Positions 39,738 to 49,499 of a DNA stretch of 64,000 bases are shown in pieces (positions within the stretch are counted from its first letter, which is position 1; each line of letters begins with the position of its first letter). The position numbers were made by a program, and so were the translations under genes. The notes under the pieces were generated by a model that saw only the letters and a list, made by a program, of their open reading frames with translations, was not told where the DNA came from and searched no databases. Source of the DNA: a virus (taxonomy: Duplodnaviria; Caudoviricetes); the IMG/VR virus record IMGVR_UViG_3300025392_000002; one strand, given 5' to 3'.

Positions 39738-41342
39738 ATGGCAAAATCACTAGACGGCGTCTTAACCAAAAAGTCGCACACAAAGGAAAAGTTCACAGAA
39801 GAACAAGTACAAAACTTGTTACTGTGTTCTGACCCTACGAATGGATATTTGCATTTTGCAAAACATTTCTTTCATATACAGCATCCTGTTAAAGGTAAAG
39901 TAAAATTTGAACCTTTTGAATATCAGGAAAGACTACTACAAGCATATCACGATTATCGTTTTAATATTAATATGCTTCCACGTCAAAGCGGTAAGACTAC
40001 TTGTGCATCCAGTTACTTGTTATGGTATGCTATGTTTCACCCAGATCAAACCATTCTAGTTGCCGCACACAAATACACAGGCTCACAGGAAATTATGCAA
40101 CGTATCCGTTATGGATACGAACTATGCCCTGATTATATCAGAGCAGGAGTTGTAAGTTATAACAAAGGGAGTATAGATTTTGATAACGGATCAAGAATTG
40201 TATCAGCTACTACTACCGGTAATACTGGTCGTGGTATGTCAATATCCTTATTATACTGTGACGAGTTTGCCTTCGTTCAGCCTAATATTGCAACAGAGTT
40301 TTGGACATCAATCAGCCCAACACTAGCAACTGGTGGTCGTGCGATTATTACTAGCACACCTAACAGTGACGAAGATGAATTTGCTATTATCTGGAAAGAT
40401 AGTCAAGACAAGTTCGACGAATACGGTAATACGAAAGAAGACGGCACTGGTCGCAACGGGTTCCACGGATTCCGTGCTGAATGGCATGAACATCCAGATC
40501 GTGATGAAAACTGGAAGAAAACTGAGATGGGTCGTATTGGGGAAGAACGATTCCGTCGTGAATACGGATGTGAGTTCTTAGTATTTGACGAAACACTAAT
40601 CAACAGTATAAAACTGGCAGAACTCAACGGCCGTGAACCTATACTTAAAATGGGGCAGGTTCGCTGGTATAAAAAACCTGAGCCTGGTAATGTATATTTG
40701 TGTGCATTAGATCCTAGTTTAGGAACAGGTGGTGACTATGGTGCTATTGAAGTATTTGAAATGCCCAGCATGATACAGGTAGCAGAGTGGCAACATAATA
40801 TTACACCTATACAGCAACAAGTTAAGATATTTAGAGATGTGCTGAAATATATCGCAGATGAAATAGGTGGAGAAAGTTTCAATCAGTTGTACTGGAGTGT
40901 GGAGAATAACACAGTGGGCGAAAGTGCCCTTGTAGTTATTGACAATCTAGGCGAAGAAACATTCCCAGGATTGTTCATGAGCGAGCCTATGCGTAAAGGT
41001 CATGTTAAAAAGTTCCGCAAGGGGTTTAATACCACATTTGGTACTAAAATAGCTACCTGTGCCAAGGTTAAATTCCTAATCGAAGAAGACAAAATGAAGC
41101 TGAATAGCAGGGCATTGATCAGCGAACTTAAAACATTTATTGCCGCTGGCACCAGTTTTAAAGCCAAAGAAGGACAGCATGATGACTTAGTTTCTGCCCT
41201 ACTGCTAATCATACGTATGAGTATTTTACTGTCAGAATGGGATCCGCAGGTATTTGAACAGCTAAAAGTCACTAGCGACTGGGTCACAGAAGAAAATATA
41301 GAAATGCCCTTGCCTATATTCATATCCTCGGGCTTCGGATAA
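39738..41342 (+). CDS. terL: Terminase large subunit (T4 gp17-like)
   Basis: Walker A PRQSGKTT, Walker B LLYCDEFAF, ITSTPN, FRREYGCEF, nuclease ALDPS...HDDLV; no intein. Confidence 0.95.
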   Translation: MAKSLDGVLTKKSHTKEKFTEEQVQNLLLCSDPTNGYLHFAKHFFHIQHPVKGKVKFEPFEYQERLLQAYHDYRFNINMLPRQSGKTTCASSYLLWYAMFHPDQTILVAAHKYTGSQEIMQRIRYGYELCPDYIRAGVVSYNKGSIDFDNGSRIVSATTTGNTGRGMSISLLYCDEFAFVQPNIATEFWTSISPTLATGGRAIITSTPNSDEDEFAIIWKDSQDKFDEYGNTKEDGTGRNGFHGFRAEWHEHPDRDENWKKTEMGRIGEERFRREYGCEFLVFDETLINSIKLAELNGREPILKMGQVRWYKKPEPGNVYLCALDPSLGTGGDYGAIEVFEMPSMIQVAEWQHNITPIQQQVKIFRDVLKYIADEIGGESFNQLYWSVENNTVGESALVVIDNLGEETFPGLFMSEPMRKGHVKKFRKGFNTTFGTKIATCAKVKFLIEEDKMKLNSRALISELKTFIAAGTSFKAKEGQHDDLVSALLLIIRMSILLSEWDPQVFEQLKVTSDWVTEENIEMPLPIFISSGFG

Positions 41343-41349
41343 ATATAAC

Positions 41350-43878
41350 ATGAACACGAATTTAGATAAAATTGCTTTAGATCTCTACGGAAAGATTGAA
41401 ACCCGCTTTAAAAACATTAAAATGGGCGACGAACACGGCGAAGTTTTAAGCAAAAAAACAGATATTCCAAAAGCTCGTTTCTTTGAATTTGAATACAAAG
41501 AAGAAGGTGAGCGTTTAGGAACTATAGCAATTACTCTAGATGAGGACGACGGGATTATAGTAGAAATCAGCGGAGACTTAGCTGACAGTCGTCATCGTGG
41601 TGCGTTTAAATTTATCCGTAGTTTTAGACAATTTGCAAAAAATCGTTTATTAAACTTTGATGTACAAAACATTGGTAAAGATAATTTAGACAAACGAGAT
41701 TACGAATTTAAAGCAAAACCCAAGGAAGAAACGATGTCCCCAATAATGGAAAATAAATTGTATGGTAACGCTCGCATGAGTTACCAGGATTTAGGCGAAG
41801 CTAGATTAATTGTTAAACATAGTCAGCCTATCAACACTGAACTAGCTGCCGGACGTAGTATGCATATTGAAAGCATTTATGTTGAAAATGCAGACGGTGA
41901 ACGTTTCAAATATCCTTACAAGCATTTGAATGGTGCTCGCGCTCTTGCTGAACACATCAAGGCCGGTGGTAATCCTTATGATAGTATTGGACAATATATC
42001 AGTAGTCTAAGCGAAGAGCTAGTACAGTTACGTAAATTTAAAAGCTATGTTGGCCGCAATGACACATTGTCAGAAGCAATGGACGATATTAACACACAGG
42101 TAGCAGAACGCATCGAGGCAGTTAAAAAAGAAGTCAGTAGTTTACAGCGTCCAGCATACTATCAATCATTTGCAGAGTCATTCGAAGCAAATGAATCTCA
42201 AGATATTCCAGAAGAAATACTAAATGACTGGATTGATCGTTTGACAATCCGCACATTCAACGAAGATTTAAAAACAGCGTTTCCATATATCTATCGCCTA
42301 GTAGGCGAAGCTGGTGTTCCAGTTGTAGGACTAAGCCCAGACGACTTGTTAGATGAAGAACGTACTGAAACTAAAAATGAAAAAGGCGAAGTTGTTAGTT
42401 GGAAGGATGAAAGTGATTGGCGCCCAGTGTCAGGTAAAAATGGCCGTGGTAAGGTTACTAATCTAAGTGACAAGGCTCGTCGTGAAACAGAAAAATTATC
42501 TAAAAAAGTAAAAGAAGAAATTGCTTTAGAAAATTTCTTTGATAGCTTAATGGAATCCGATGACGAATACGGCAATGGCGTTTTTGATGAAAATCCAAAG
42601 GTTAAGAAAGATGCTATACAAGCTCTAAACGATACTTTCAAAGGTGAATTTACAGCTGGCATGGGCGGGATTAATTTAGACAAACTAACTAAACTAGTAC
42701 CAGATCCAATGTTTATACAAAAGATTGAAGAATTAAAACAAACAACTAAAGACAGTTCAGATAAAGATGTTACTGCGGCTATTGAATACATTATGGGCGA
42801 AGTTGCATTAGATAATGACGAACTTGCTGAAATTTTAGAAAACGGTATGATTGATTTTAATGGTAGTGGAGATGATGTAGGTGGCGAAGAACCAATAGAA
42901 CCACCAGCAGATATTGCACCTCCTGCTCCTGCGGCACCTCCTGCTCCAGCACCAGATGCATCAGCGGCTCCTGCTCCCGAAGCTGTACCTCCAACACCTG
43001 CACCAGTTGCAGAAGATACAGGAAGTGCAAGCCCATTAAGCAGAAGTCCACTTAGCAAAATTAAGGCTAAATTAATTCAGGCTAAAGAGTGTGGAGCAAC
43101 ATTAGAAACAGTAATGGACTTTGGACACAAAGCAATGACATTGCATGATGCAATGCGTGAATGTGGTATTGATCCAAGAGAGTGTGGCTTTGAAGATGAC
43201 GATGTTTTCCAACAAATGAAAGATCTTGCCAGCGGTTTCTATAATAGAGGCGAGCATAATACTACTATTGGACCAACACGTATTTTAATTAAAGCAGCCA
43301 AGGAATTTCCAGGCCATTTCGACGAGGAAACTGGAGAACCAATATCACAAGAAGCAGTTGATTTTGCAGAGTTTGTCAATAAACTTGATCCTATGACTCC
43401 TGCTCCAAATTCTCCTGCTCCAAAACACGGTGATTTAGATCGTATTAAACATCTAGCAGGTGTTGGACATAATATAGATGAAACTCCAGAAGAAGATGAT
43501 TTTTCTGGGATGATGAAACAATTCATGGACAAGCATCAAGGCACCGACATTAATCAGATGTTAGCTAGTTTTGCCAAAGCAAATCCAGATGCTAAAATCA
43601 CACAATCGAATACAAGTTCAGGCACTATCAATGGTAAGCCAGCTAGTTACGATGATGCTATGAATCAATTTAAAAATATGAAACTTAAATTTGGAGATCA
43701 AGAAATTGATCCTAGCAATCCGCAGGCAATGCAAGGGCAAATTGGGAATATGATGAAAGGTATGATGAGCAAGGTGCAAGGGCAAGCGCCTAATCAATCT
43801 GTTCAGTTTCCCGGCGGACAAATGAATCCAGCTGACATGATGAAGGATATCATGGGTAAAATTAACTTTGGAAATTAA
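41350..43878 (+). CDS. Large acidic hypothetical protein, probable head-associated
   Basis: Structured-looking N-terminal half (HLNGARALAEH), Pro/Ala linker, many I/L/V-x-E sites, LDRIKHLAG; TAAATA at 41340-41345. Confidence 0.55.
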   Translation: MNTNLDKIALDLYGKIETRFKNIKMGDEHGEVLSKKTDIPKARFFEFEYKEEGERLGTIAITLDEDDGIIVEISGDLADSRHRGAFKFIRSFRQFAKNRLLNFDVQNIGKDNLDKRDYEFKAKPKEETMSPIMENKLYGNARMSYQDLGEARLIVKHSQPINTELAAGRSMHIESIYVENADGERFKYPYKHLNGARALAEHIKAGGNPYDSIGQYISSLSEELVQLRKFKSYVGRNDTLSEAMDDINTQVAERIEAVKKEVSSLQRPAYYQSFAESFEANESQDIPEEILNDWIDRLTIRTFNEDLKTAFPYIYRLVGEAGVPVVGLSPDDLLDEERTETKNEKGEVVSWKDESDWRPVSGKNGRGKVTNLSDKARRETEKLSKKVKEEIALENFFDSLMESDDEYGNGVFDENPKVKKDAIQALNDTFKGEFTAGMGGINLDKLTKLVPDPMFIQKIEELKQTTKDSSDKDVTAAIEYIMGEVALDNDELAEILENGMIDFNGSGDDVGGEEPIEPPADIAPPAPAAPPAPAPDASAAPAPEAVPPTPAPVAEDTGSASPLSRSPLSKIKAKLIQAKECGATLETVMDFGHKAMTLHDAMRECGIDPRECGFEDDDVFQQMKDLASGFYNRGEHNTTIGPTRILIKAAKEFPGHFDEETGEPISQEAVDFAEFVNKLDPMTPAPNSPAPKHGDLDRIKHLAGVGHNIDETPEEDDFSGMMKQFMDKHQGTDINQMLASFAKANPDAKITQSNTSSGTINGKPASYDDAMNQFKNMKLKFGDQEIDPSNPQAMQGQIGNMMKGMMSKVQGQAPNQSVQFPGGQMNPADMMKDIMGKINFGN

Positions 43879-43879
43879 T

Positions 43880-45274
43880 ATGAAAAAAATTAATGAATCA
43901 CAACTTATCGAACAAGCTCGCAGTTTAAGGGCATATTTGTCAGATGCCGCAGTAACTAGTACTGACGGCACACCGGTTACTTCTGGAGACGGTACTTTAC
44001 AAGCCGGTAAAGGTACTCCAGCAACTGCGCCAGCACCCGCGGCAACAACAGGTGAAGATCCAGCTTCTGTTATTGCAAAGTATACAGATCATCCTGAACT
44101 ACCTGCATATATTGATAGTAAAGATGGCCAAGTTAAATGGATCGATAATGACACTAAACAACCTAGAGTTATGCCGACTAGTTGGATTCAAAAATATGCT
44201 CCAGATTTAGCCAAGGCAATATCTGCTCAAGGTCAAGGCGGCCAGAACTATGGTGCCGCACAACAAGGCAACTTCCTTGGCTTTAAATATGACAACGGTA
44301 CTAAAGTTAATACAGCACAGGCTACAGGTGACGTTGCCGCTAACAAAGATATCGCTCAAGCTAAAGCAGATACTGAGCAGTTAAAACAATTGGTGGCAAA
44401 ATTACAAGCTATGAATGGTGGGCCTGCACCTGCTCAAGGTGCAAAGACACCGGCAGCTCCTCAAGCGGCAGTTCCAGGTGTAACAGCTGATGGAAAAGTC
44501 ATAGACACTCGTGGCGGCATTGCTGGAAAAGACGAAATGGAAGAAAGTACAACTTATTTTTTAAACAAATTAAGAATGATGGAAGCAGATGCGGCTCATC
44601 CTGGAAATCCAACTGATTGGGCAAACGGAATTAACCCTCCAGTTGATTGGGTGAAAGATCCAGCAACTGGAAAATATAGCGCACCGGCGGCAGCACCTGG
44701 AACAAATACATCATTTTCTGACAGAGAAGCACTGGTAAAACAAATTACTGATCTTCAAGGTAAAATTACTCAAGCCTACGGCGGCGAAACTGTTCCTCCT
44801 GAAGTTAGTGCAGTATACGATGATGCGGCTAAAGCATTACAACAAGCACAAACAGTATCAAATCAAGCAACTGCGGCTCCTCCAAGTGAAGTAAGTACGG
44901 CGCAAGGTGCAAAAACTCCCGAGGCGCCTAAGGCCTGGGCAAAAGGTGTACTAGGTGCAGGTAGCAAAGGTCCTGAAGTTAATGCGTTACAAAAACAATT
45001 AGGTGTTCCAGAAACTGGAGTATTTGATGCCGCAACTAAGGCCGCAGTTATTAAGAAACAAACTGAATTAAAGGTTAAACCAGACGGTGCATGGGGTCCT
45101 GCAAGCCAAGCCGCTATGTCTGCTGCCGCAAAAGCATCAGCACCGGCCGCAAATCAAGGTGGAAAGCCAGTAGTAAAACAAGAGGCTGAACCTGAATTTA
45201 GTATGCCATTAGAATCTGTAACCTACGGTGAAGACCAGAGTTTGGCAAGAATTATTCAACTAGCTAGAAAATAA
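43880..45274 (+). CDS. Ala/Pro-rich protein with a peptidoglycan-binding (PG_binding_1-like) domain
   Basis: LGAGSKGPEVNALQKQL...GVFDAATKAAV...Q...KPDGAWGPAS. The start is probably ATG 43880 (MKKINES). Confidence 0.65.
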   Translation: MKKINESQLIEQARSLRAYLSDAAVTSTDGTPVTSGDGTLQAGKGTPATAPAPAATTGEDPASVIAKYTDHPELPAYIDSKDGQVKWIDNDTKQPRVMPTSWIQKYAPDLAKAISAQGQGGQNYGAAQQGNFLGFKYDNGTKVNTAQATGDVAANKDIAQAKADTEQLKQLVAKLQAMNGGPAPAQGAKTPAAPQAAVPGVTADGKVIDTRGGIAGKDEMEESTTYFLNKLRMMEADAAHPGNPTDWANGINPPVDWVKDPATGKYSAPAAAPGTNTSFSDREALVKQITDLQGKITQAYGGETVPPEVSAVYDDAAKALQQAQTVSNQATAAPPSEVSTAQGAKTPEAPKAWAKGVLGAGSKGPEVNALQKQLGVPETGVFDAATKAAVIKKQTELKVKPDGAWGPASQAAMSAAAKASAPAANQGGKPVVKQEAEPEFSMPLESVTYGEDQSLARIIQLARK

Positions 45275-45310
45275 TCGAGTAAAATACTCAGATTTAGAGC
45301 AAGATTTCTC

Positions 45311-45339
45311 TTGCAAACATAAATAAAAGTGCGTATACT
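45311..45339 (+). promoter_or_regulatory. Sigma70-type promoter with a nested late TAAATA box, upstream of gp32
   Basis: TTGCAA-17 nt-TATACT; TAAATA at 45320-45325 lies inside the spacer. Confidence 0.7.
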
Positions 45340-45416
45340 TAGGTATATGCACTTTTTGTTTTACAGGGTGTAAAACATACAGGCAAAAAACAAAGGCATA
45401 TTTAAGGAGAACAATT

Positions 45417-46400
45417 ATGGCAACTTTGGCTGAAATTAGAGCAAAATTAAAGGCATCCGAATCAAAAGGATCAGATAGTAACAGAACAGGCGGTGATAAA
45501 TCGATTTATCCGTTCTGGAATCTTAAAGAAGGTGGCGAATCCGTTCTGCGATTCTTACCAGATGGTAACACCGACAACACTTTTTTCTGGGTAGAACGTG
45601 CAATGATCAAATTGCCATTTGCTGGAATCAAAGGTGAATCAGAAAGCAAACCAATCACAGTACAAGTACCATGCGTAGAAATGTATGGCGACACTTGCCC
45701 AATCTTGGCAGAAGTACGTGGATGGTTTAAAGACCCAGCGTTAGAAGACATGGGTCGTAAATACTGGAAAAAGCGTTCTTACATTTTCCAAGGTTTCGTT
45801 GCAGAAGACGGACTTGGAGAAAAAGCTGAAGAACAACCAGAAAATCCAATTCGTCGTTTCATCATTGGGCCTCAAATCTTTACATCAATTCGTGCGGCCT
45901 TGGTCGATCCAGAATTGGAAGATTTGCCAACTGACTACGTACATGGCTTAGACTATCGTATGAAGAAAGGTAGCAAAGGCGGATATGCTGACTACTCAAC
46001 ATCTAGTTGGGCACGTCGTGAGCGTCCACTAAGCGATGCTGAACAAGCGGCAATCAAGACACATGGCTTGTATAACTTATCAGACTTCTTGCCTAAGAAG
46101 CCAACTGAAGTCGAGTTGAAAGTTATGAAGGAAATGTTTGAAGCATCAGTCGACGGTGAACCATATGATATGGATCGTTGGGGACAATATTTCAAACCAG
46201 CCGGTATGTCACAAAATACAGGCGATCCTAACAAGGCAACTCCTAAAGTAAGTGCTCCAGTAGCACAAGATGACGGCGATGACGAGCCAGCACCTGTAGC
46301 AAAAGCTACACCTGCTCCAGCACCAAAAGCTGAAGCAACCGCAGGTGGTGATTCACGTGCCCAAGACATCTTGGCAATGATTCGTAATCGTCAGAAGTAA
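45417..46400 (+). CDS. Single-stranded DNA-binding protein (T4 gp32-like)
   Basis: VLRFLP, PC.....CPI, RKYWKKRSY, K.GYADYSTS; strong AAGGAGA RBS. Confidence 0.9.
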   Translation: MATLAEIRAKLKASESKGSDSNRTGGDKSIYPFWNLKEGGESVLRFLPDGNTDNTFFWVERAMIKLPFAGIKGESESKPITVQVPCVEMYGDTCPILAEVRGWFKDPALEDMGRKYWKKRSYIFQGFVAEDGLGEKAEEQPENPIRRFIIGPQIFTSIRAALVDPELEDLPTDYVHGLDYRMKKGSKGGYADYSTSSWARRERPLSDAEQAAIKTHGLYNLSDFLPKKPTEVELKVMKEMFEASVDGEPYDMDRWGQYFKPAGMSQNTGDPNKATPKVSAPVAQDDGDDEPAPVAKATPAPAPKAEATAGGDSRAQDILAMIRNRQK

Positions 46401-46406
46401 TAAGCA

Positions 46407-46424
46407 AGGGGACTTCGGTCCCCT
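46407..46424 (+). terminator. UUCG hairpin between gp32 and uvsX (weak terminator or stabilising stem)
   Basis: AGGGGAC-TTCG-GTCCCCT with no following T tract. Confidence 0.55.
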
Positions 46425-46447
46425 ACATCATTTAGGAGAATTAACTT

Positions 46448-47503
46448 ATGGCAACTAAGGCTTTTGATCTAAGTAAATTTAGAAAAACTTTGACCAAGTC
46501 TATTGATGGACTTGGCGTAGGATTTAACGATCCTACAGATTGGGTTAGTACAGGCAATTATACGCTTAACTATCTAATCAGTGGCGATTTCCACAAAGGA
46601 ATCCCGCTAGGTAAAGTTACTGTGTTTGCAGGCGAATCTGGTGCAGGAAAAAGTTTTATCTGCTCAGGTAACCTAGTACGCAATGCGCAGGCACAAGGCA
46701 TTTATGTTATCTTAATTGATAGCGAAAATGCACTTGATGAAAGTTGGTTACACGCATTAGGTGTGGACACTAGCGAAGAAAAACTTCTTAAACTCAACAT
46801 GGCTATGATTGATGATGTGGCTAAAACTATCCACGAATTCATGAAAGAGTACAAAGAAATGGCAGAACGCCCTAAGGTCTTATTTGTCATAGACTCATTG
46901 GGTATGTTGCTTACCCCTACCGATATCAACCAGTTTGAAGCGGGAGATCTAAAGGGCGACATGGGTCGTAAACCTAAGGCACTTACAGCTCTAGTGCGTA
47001 ATTGTGTTAATATGTTTGGATCTTATAATGTCGGAATGGTATGTACTAACCATACATACGCTAGTCAAGATATGTTTGATCCTGATGACAAGATTTCAGG
47101 CGGACAAGGATTTGTCTACGCAAGTAGTATTGTTGTTGCTATGAAAAAACTCAAACTCAAAGAGGACGAGGATGGCAATAAGGTGTCGGACGTAATGGGT
47201 ATTCGTGCTAGTTGCAAAATTATGAAGACTCGTTATAGCAAGCCTTTTGAAACTGTGCAGATTAAGATCCCATATGAAACAGGTATGAATCCTTATAGCG
47301 GTATGGTCGATATGCTAGAGAAACAAGGCATATTAAAACAAGAAGGCAACAGATTAAAGTATGTTGATCCGACTACTGGCGAGGAATTCAAATTCTACCG
47401 AAAAGAATGGAAAGATGATAAATTAGATATGATAATGAACAATTATCACATTAAACCTTTAACAACTACTATTCCCGAGGAGACTGAAGAGAATGTTGAA
47501 TGA
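46448..47503 (+). CDS. uvsX: RecA-like recombinase
   Basis: GESGAGKS Walker A, IDSENAL, VIDSLG, GDMG, SGG.G..YASS. Confidence 0.9.
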   Translation: MATKAFDLSKFRKTLTKSIDGLGVGFNDPTDWVSTGNYTLNYLISGDFHKGIPLGKVTVFAGESGAGKSFICSGNLVRNAQAQGIYVILIDSENALDESWLHALGVDTSEEKLLKLNMAMIDDVAKTIHEFMKEYKEMAERPKVLFVIDSLGMLLTPTDINQFEAGDLKGDMGRKPKALTALVRNCVNMFGSYNVGMVCTNHTYASQDMFDPDDKISGGQGFVYASSIVVAMKKLKLKEDEDGNKVSDVMGIRASCKIMKTRYSKPFETVQIKIPYETGMNPYSGMVDMLEKQGILKQEGNRLKYVDPTTGEEFKFYRKEWKDDKLDMIMNNYHIKPLTTTIPEETEENVE

Positions 47504-47741
47504 AACTCAAATAGGCGACGTCTGGTTGCTGTTCGCAGATTATATTGACAAAAAAGTTATCGATAGTGTAGCAGAACGCTATGTAGAACTATTAGCAGAC
47601 TTTGGAGTTACTGATCGTATACTGAACGGTGCTACCGGAATTGATGGTGCATTAGACAGTGCAATCGAGTACTACCTCGACGAGGAAAGTGACGAAGACG
47701 AAATCGACGACGACTATAACGAAGAAGAAGAGGATTATTAA
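47493..47741 (+). CDS. Small highly acidic hypothetical protein
   Basis: Overlaps both neighbours; C-terminus DEESDEDEIDDDYNEEEEDY. Confidence 0.65.
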   Translation: MLNETQIGDVWLLFADYIDKKVIDSVAERYVELLADFGVTDRILNGATGIDGALDSAIEYYLDEESDEDEIDDDYNEEEEDY

Positions 47742-48196
47742 TGGGTTGGTATTCTAATATTGCCAAAGACATTAGCAACATTCCAGATGCTGTGCTATAT
47801 TTTGAAGCAGAACTAGTAGAGGCTCGTAAAGAGGTTAAACTCTACGGTAATGTAGAAAAAGCCAGTGCGGCATTACCTGGAGTTGTTGAACATCGATTTG
47901 GGCAACTTCAAGAAATTGAAGCAATATTGGAATATCTTAATATTGAATTGCGTCGACTAAAAAGTAGTCACTTTCGAAAATACTTAGAAAGTTATCAACG
48001 TGCTCTGAGCAGTAGAGATTGTGAAAAGTTTGTTGAAGGAGAAGCAGATGTTATTGACTTTGAAAAAATCATCAATGAATTTGCTTTACTTAGAAACAAA
48101 TGGTTAGGAATTACTAAAGGACTAGACCAGAAACAATGGCAAATTACTAATATTGTAAAATTGCGTATTGCTGGTATGGAAGACGCTAGTATTTGA
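47741..48196 (+). CDS. uvsY: Recombination mediator (UvsY-like)
   Basis: Helical ~150 aa; KYLE.Y...L...D....V, K.LD.K.WQI.NIVKLR..G; lies between uvsX and uvsW. Confidence 0.7.
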   Translation: MGWYSNIAKDISNIPDAVLYFEAELVEARKEVKLYGNVEKASAALPGVVEHRFGQLQEIEAILEYLNIELRRLKSSHFRKYLESYQRALSSRDCEKFVEGEADVIDFEKIINEFALLRNKWLGITKGLDQKQWQITNIVKLRIAGMEDASI

Positions 48197-48220
48197 TCAA
48201 TTCGCCCAATCTCGAGACCG

Positions 48221-48253
48221 TAGGCCTTAAATAATATTGAGGCCTATTTTTTT
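48221..48253 (+). terminator. Rho-independent terminator
   Basis: TAGGCCTTAA-ataata-TTGAGGCCTA followed by a T run. Confidence 0.75.
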
Positions 48254-48261
48254 CTAAGAGG

Positions 48262-48290
48262 TTGACCTTTGAAACAAGTTAGTTTATACT
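48262..48290 (+). promoter_or_regulatory. Sigma70-type promoter (probably leaderless transcript)
   Basis: TTGACC-17 nt-TATACT; the ATG is 6 nt downstream with no RBS. Confidence 0.75.
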
Positions 48291-48296
48291 TACTAT

Positions 48297-49499
48297 ATGA
48301 TAACAGTTGATGACCTACTAATAAAAATTGTAAACAATTCTTCGCCCACAATTGAAGAATTAATCAGTGCCAAAGATGCTAGGGTACTACGCAGTCTAGC
48401 ATCTTCTATTGGCAGTAATTTTTTTATAACAGAAAATCAATCAAGACTACTGATTAAAATTCTACGTGAAAATACTAAAAAAATAACAATTTTTTCTGAA
48501 GAACTTGTAGATAGTTTATCTAGTCCAATCTGGTCTAAAAAGTTTAGACAAATAGAACAAGTAAAAAAATTGTTTATTGACAACGACACTGATGGTGATT
48601 TAGTCTTAGTAATTGAATTTACATACAGTTCACAGTTCCGTAAAATTTTACAAGAAATAACAAAAAAATGTGAAAATTTAGTCAACGTAATCCCTGGAAA
48701 AAAGTATACTGCTGACCTCACTGAAGCTAATTTAGTAACACTTGTGGACGCACTCGAACCATTAGAGTTTGAAATTAGTGAAACAATTAAGAAACATTAC
48801 GAGACTATCAAGACTTGGTCCGAACAAGAAATTAAAGATCAGTTTTTACTTACACGTATCGAACATAAGAATTTTATCAAGGCCATTACTGCTGATCTTG
48901 GTATTGAGACAACAATCGATCAAAATATTATCAATGATCGAAGTATGCGTTATCAGTATTTTACAGAAAATGCAAAAAATCACGGAGAAACACTTGTTGA
49001 AGTGATTGCTAACAGATCAAAAAATCGTGTATGGATTGATAAGAACCAACACTCGCTAACGGATGTAATATCAAGTGTATTATCTTTACGTAGAGCACCT
49101 ATTCTGGTTGTGTTCAATGATTTGGCAAATAGTAAACATTGTGAATATTTAGAATTATTGTCAACTGCGCTCGATAATAATAATGTAACTGATGGAGTAG
49201 GAATTTATTTTAGACTACCCAATGACGATGCTGGACGTAAGTTTAATACACTGGTAGCAGACAAGCAGTACAACCAAAAAATGGACGAAAACTTACAAGT
49301 TGCTGGAGTGTTAAGTGGGAAAATTCCTAAGTTTTTCTTAACTAATCCTTGGAAGCCTATGAGTGTAATAACTTTAGATAACCGAATGGGTATGCGTCAT
49401 GGTAAGACTGCGGTATACAGTAATTGCTGTGATTGTATAATTGAATGGGCAGAAGAATCTGCAATGCAAGATCAAAGGATAGGTAATCCATGGCGGTAA
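48297..49499 (+). CDS. Hypothetical protein (400 aa) coupled to uvsW
   Basis: Long ORF overlapping the uvsW start; no motif confidently recognised. Confidence 0.7.
   Translation: MITVDDLLIKIVNNSSPTIEELISAKDARVLRSLASSIGSNFFITENQSRLLIKILRENTKKITIFSEELVDSLSSPIWSKKFRQIEQVKKLFIDNDTDGDLVLVIEFTYSSQFRKILQEITKKCENLVNVIPGKKYTADLTEANLVTLVDALEPLEFEISETIKKHYETIKTWSEQEIKDQFLLTRIEHKNFIKAITADLGIETTIDQNIINDRSMRYQYFTENAKNHGETLVEVIANRSKNRVWIDKNQHSLTDVISSVLSLRRAPILVVFNDLANSKHCEYLELLSTALDNNNVTDGVGIYFRLPNDDAGRKFNTLVADKQYNQKMDENLQVAGVLSGKIPKFFLTNPWKPMSVITLDNRMGMRHGKTAVYSNCCDCIIEWAEESAMQDQRIGNPWR

Noticed and set aside
48297-49499. HARP-like or inactive helicase assignment
   Set aside because: Only a faint resemblance around IEFTYS; too weak to call without a profile search.
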